Under the pieces are notes generated by a model. That model did no database searches. It was not told where the DNA came from and saw only the letters and a list, made by a program, of their open reading frames with translations. From the NCBI RefSeq assembly GCF_964204645.1, contig NC_134034.1:9126962-9190961 (forward strand): a stretch of DNA of 64,000 bases. The letters run 5' to 3'. Position numbers and translations under genes: made by a program. The stretch comes from Tubulanus polymorphus. Taxonomy: Eukaryota; Animalia; Nemertea. Positions 62,527 through 64,000 of this stretch are shown in pieces (position 1 is the stretch's first letter; each line of letters begins with the position of its first letter).

Positions 62527-63800
62527 CAGTAGCGGATCCAGGTGCATCTTGTGACTATGTCAACCAAAAAAAGGCATATATCTACAATTTAGGGCGTATC
62601 AGCAAAATTTAGCGCCGCAGGGGCGAAATGCGACCGTCGTAGACGCGACGCCAACAGCGGGGGTCTGGGGTCCTCCACAAATTTTTGAAATTTAACTATC
62701 ATTTTAGAGCTTTCTGAGCATCTCTGAGAGGTATTTAGTCAAGAAACATAGGTTATATATATTCAGGAAAAATATCTAATTATTCAAAATTTATTAACAA
62801 TCATATCAATAAAATCCACTGTACTAACTAAAATATGTCAGTGTTTTTAATCATCATTATCCTGGAGATTGCAACATTTAGTTCTAGCAAGCATAGAGAC
62901 ATTTCAATTGCTCCATATTTTCAAATCAGATTTGAAAATATTCCACATCTTAGCATTAAAATTGATTCAGAACAATTACAGTCCTAGAAGATTGCAACAT
63001 CCCTCAACAGATAATGGCACTTAGGTTATTATTACACAATGAAGCTACCTTCATTTATAAGACTGATTTATAAGATATGATTTGTGGATAAGTAGATAAC
63101 TATTTAACAATCAATTTTGAAATGATAATTAAGTCGAAAATAATAAAACATAACACATATACAAAACACTAGTTATTTCAAAATGATAATCAAGTAAAAA
63201 ATAAGAAAAGATAACCTAAAGATTTAGATGTGATTGCACATTCAAGCGATTTTGTGTCATGGTACTCCTCATACAGGTTTTCAGGCGACAAAGTACAACT
63301 GGTAATTGGGAGGGTAGCCATGATGACAAGTGCTGTATATATGTTTGGAAATGCTGCCTTGTTACATTTCATTAAGAGCTGTACCAATGACTCTGGAACT
63401 TCCTTTTTATCATTAACCATTTTGATCCAGTAAGATTGCCCAACGGACATCTCAGAAGGCAACAAAGAAATTAAAGGTAAGTTTTCTTTGTAGTTATCAC
63501 AGAATTGTGTGAATTCTGGTTTCCAATTATCCAAATTCATGGTTAAGTAATCTGGTAGTGCTGTAAATCCCTTGAATACATTCTCCTGGCCACTTTTAAA
63601 CCGATCTTTCAACTCTTGAGACAGGTGATCAAGGAGAGGGATACATACTTCTTCATGCGTCTCTACAGCATGGTATGCTCAATTTCTCTGCCGAACACAT
63701 GTACGTGGTTGTTTAATTTCAATGTCTAGTACTTGGGCCATGTGTCACGCTTGTTCAAACCAAACCGAGTACTGTGCATCAACATTATCTCTTGATTTTT
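62527..63800 (-). mobile_element. hAT DNA transposon 3' part (THAP12/ZMYM1-like transposase remnant)
   Basis: Terminus CAGTAGCGGATCCAGG at 62527, with a GC-rich subterminal block. Motifs PRTCVRQ, PLLDHLSQELKDRF and the hAT dimerisation motif FPNIYTALVIMATLPITSC. Confidence 0.82.
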
Positions 63801-64000
63801 GGCGAACCGTAGGTTTGCCTATGCAAATGGTCTGATGAAGCAGTAGTCATTGAAAATGAATAGAGTACCGGTGTGTCAACAAGGCACAAACATTGGCTGT
63901 TGAACCAATAGTGTTGATTTTTGGTGTCATGGTTTGGCCTAATGAGTTATCGAGCCCACAAAAATTTCATAGTGATCGAGTTATTTTTAGGGGACTTATT

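Overview
AT-rich (roughly 36% GC by eye) eukaryotic DNA, probably from an invertebrate animal. The evidence is GT-AG spliceosomal introns and animal-type transposon families. I found no ordinary host gene, rRNA, tRNA or CRISPR array. The window is a dense, nested collection of transposable elements: three Kolobok pieces, two PIF/Harbinger, several Mutator/MULE, pogo/Tc2, P/THAP9-like, EnSpm/CACTA, hAT, Helentron-like non-autonomous repeats, Copia, a probable solo LTR, a Penelope-like element, and two tyrosine-recombinase (DIRS/PAT) retroelements, one nested in the other. Main highlight: a 10.4-kb Mutator element (41294-51689, TIRs plus 9-bp TSD). Its transposase is the last exon of a roughly 18-19-exon gene, and the upstream exons splice in phase to give a ubiquitin-specific protease (USP/peptidase C19) domain, a C2H2 finger and two SUMO-interacting-like motifs, i.e. 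a deubiquitinase-transposase fusion. Second, nearly all coding TE remnants lie on the minus strand, as expected for a uni-strand piRNA cluster. Third, the PAT-like retroelement has a splice acceptor in front of each of gag, pol and YR. All family assignments come from motif recognition by eye, with no database search.
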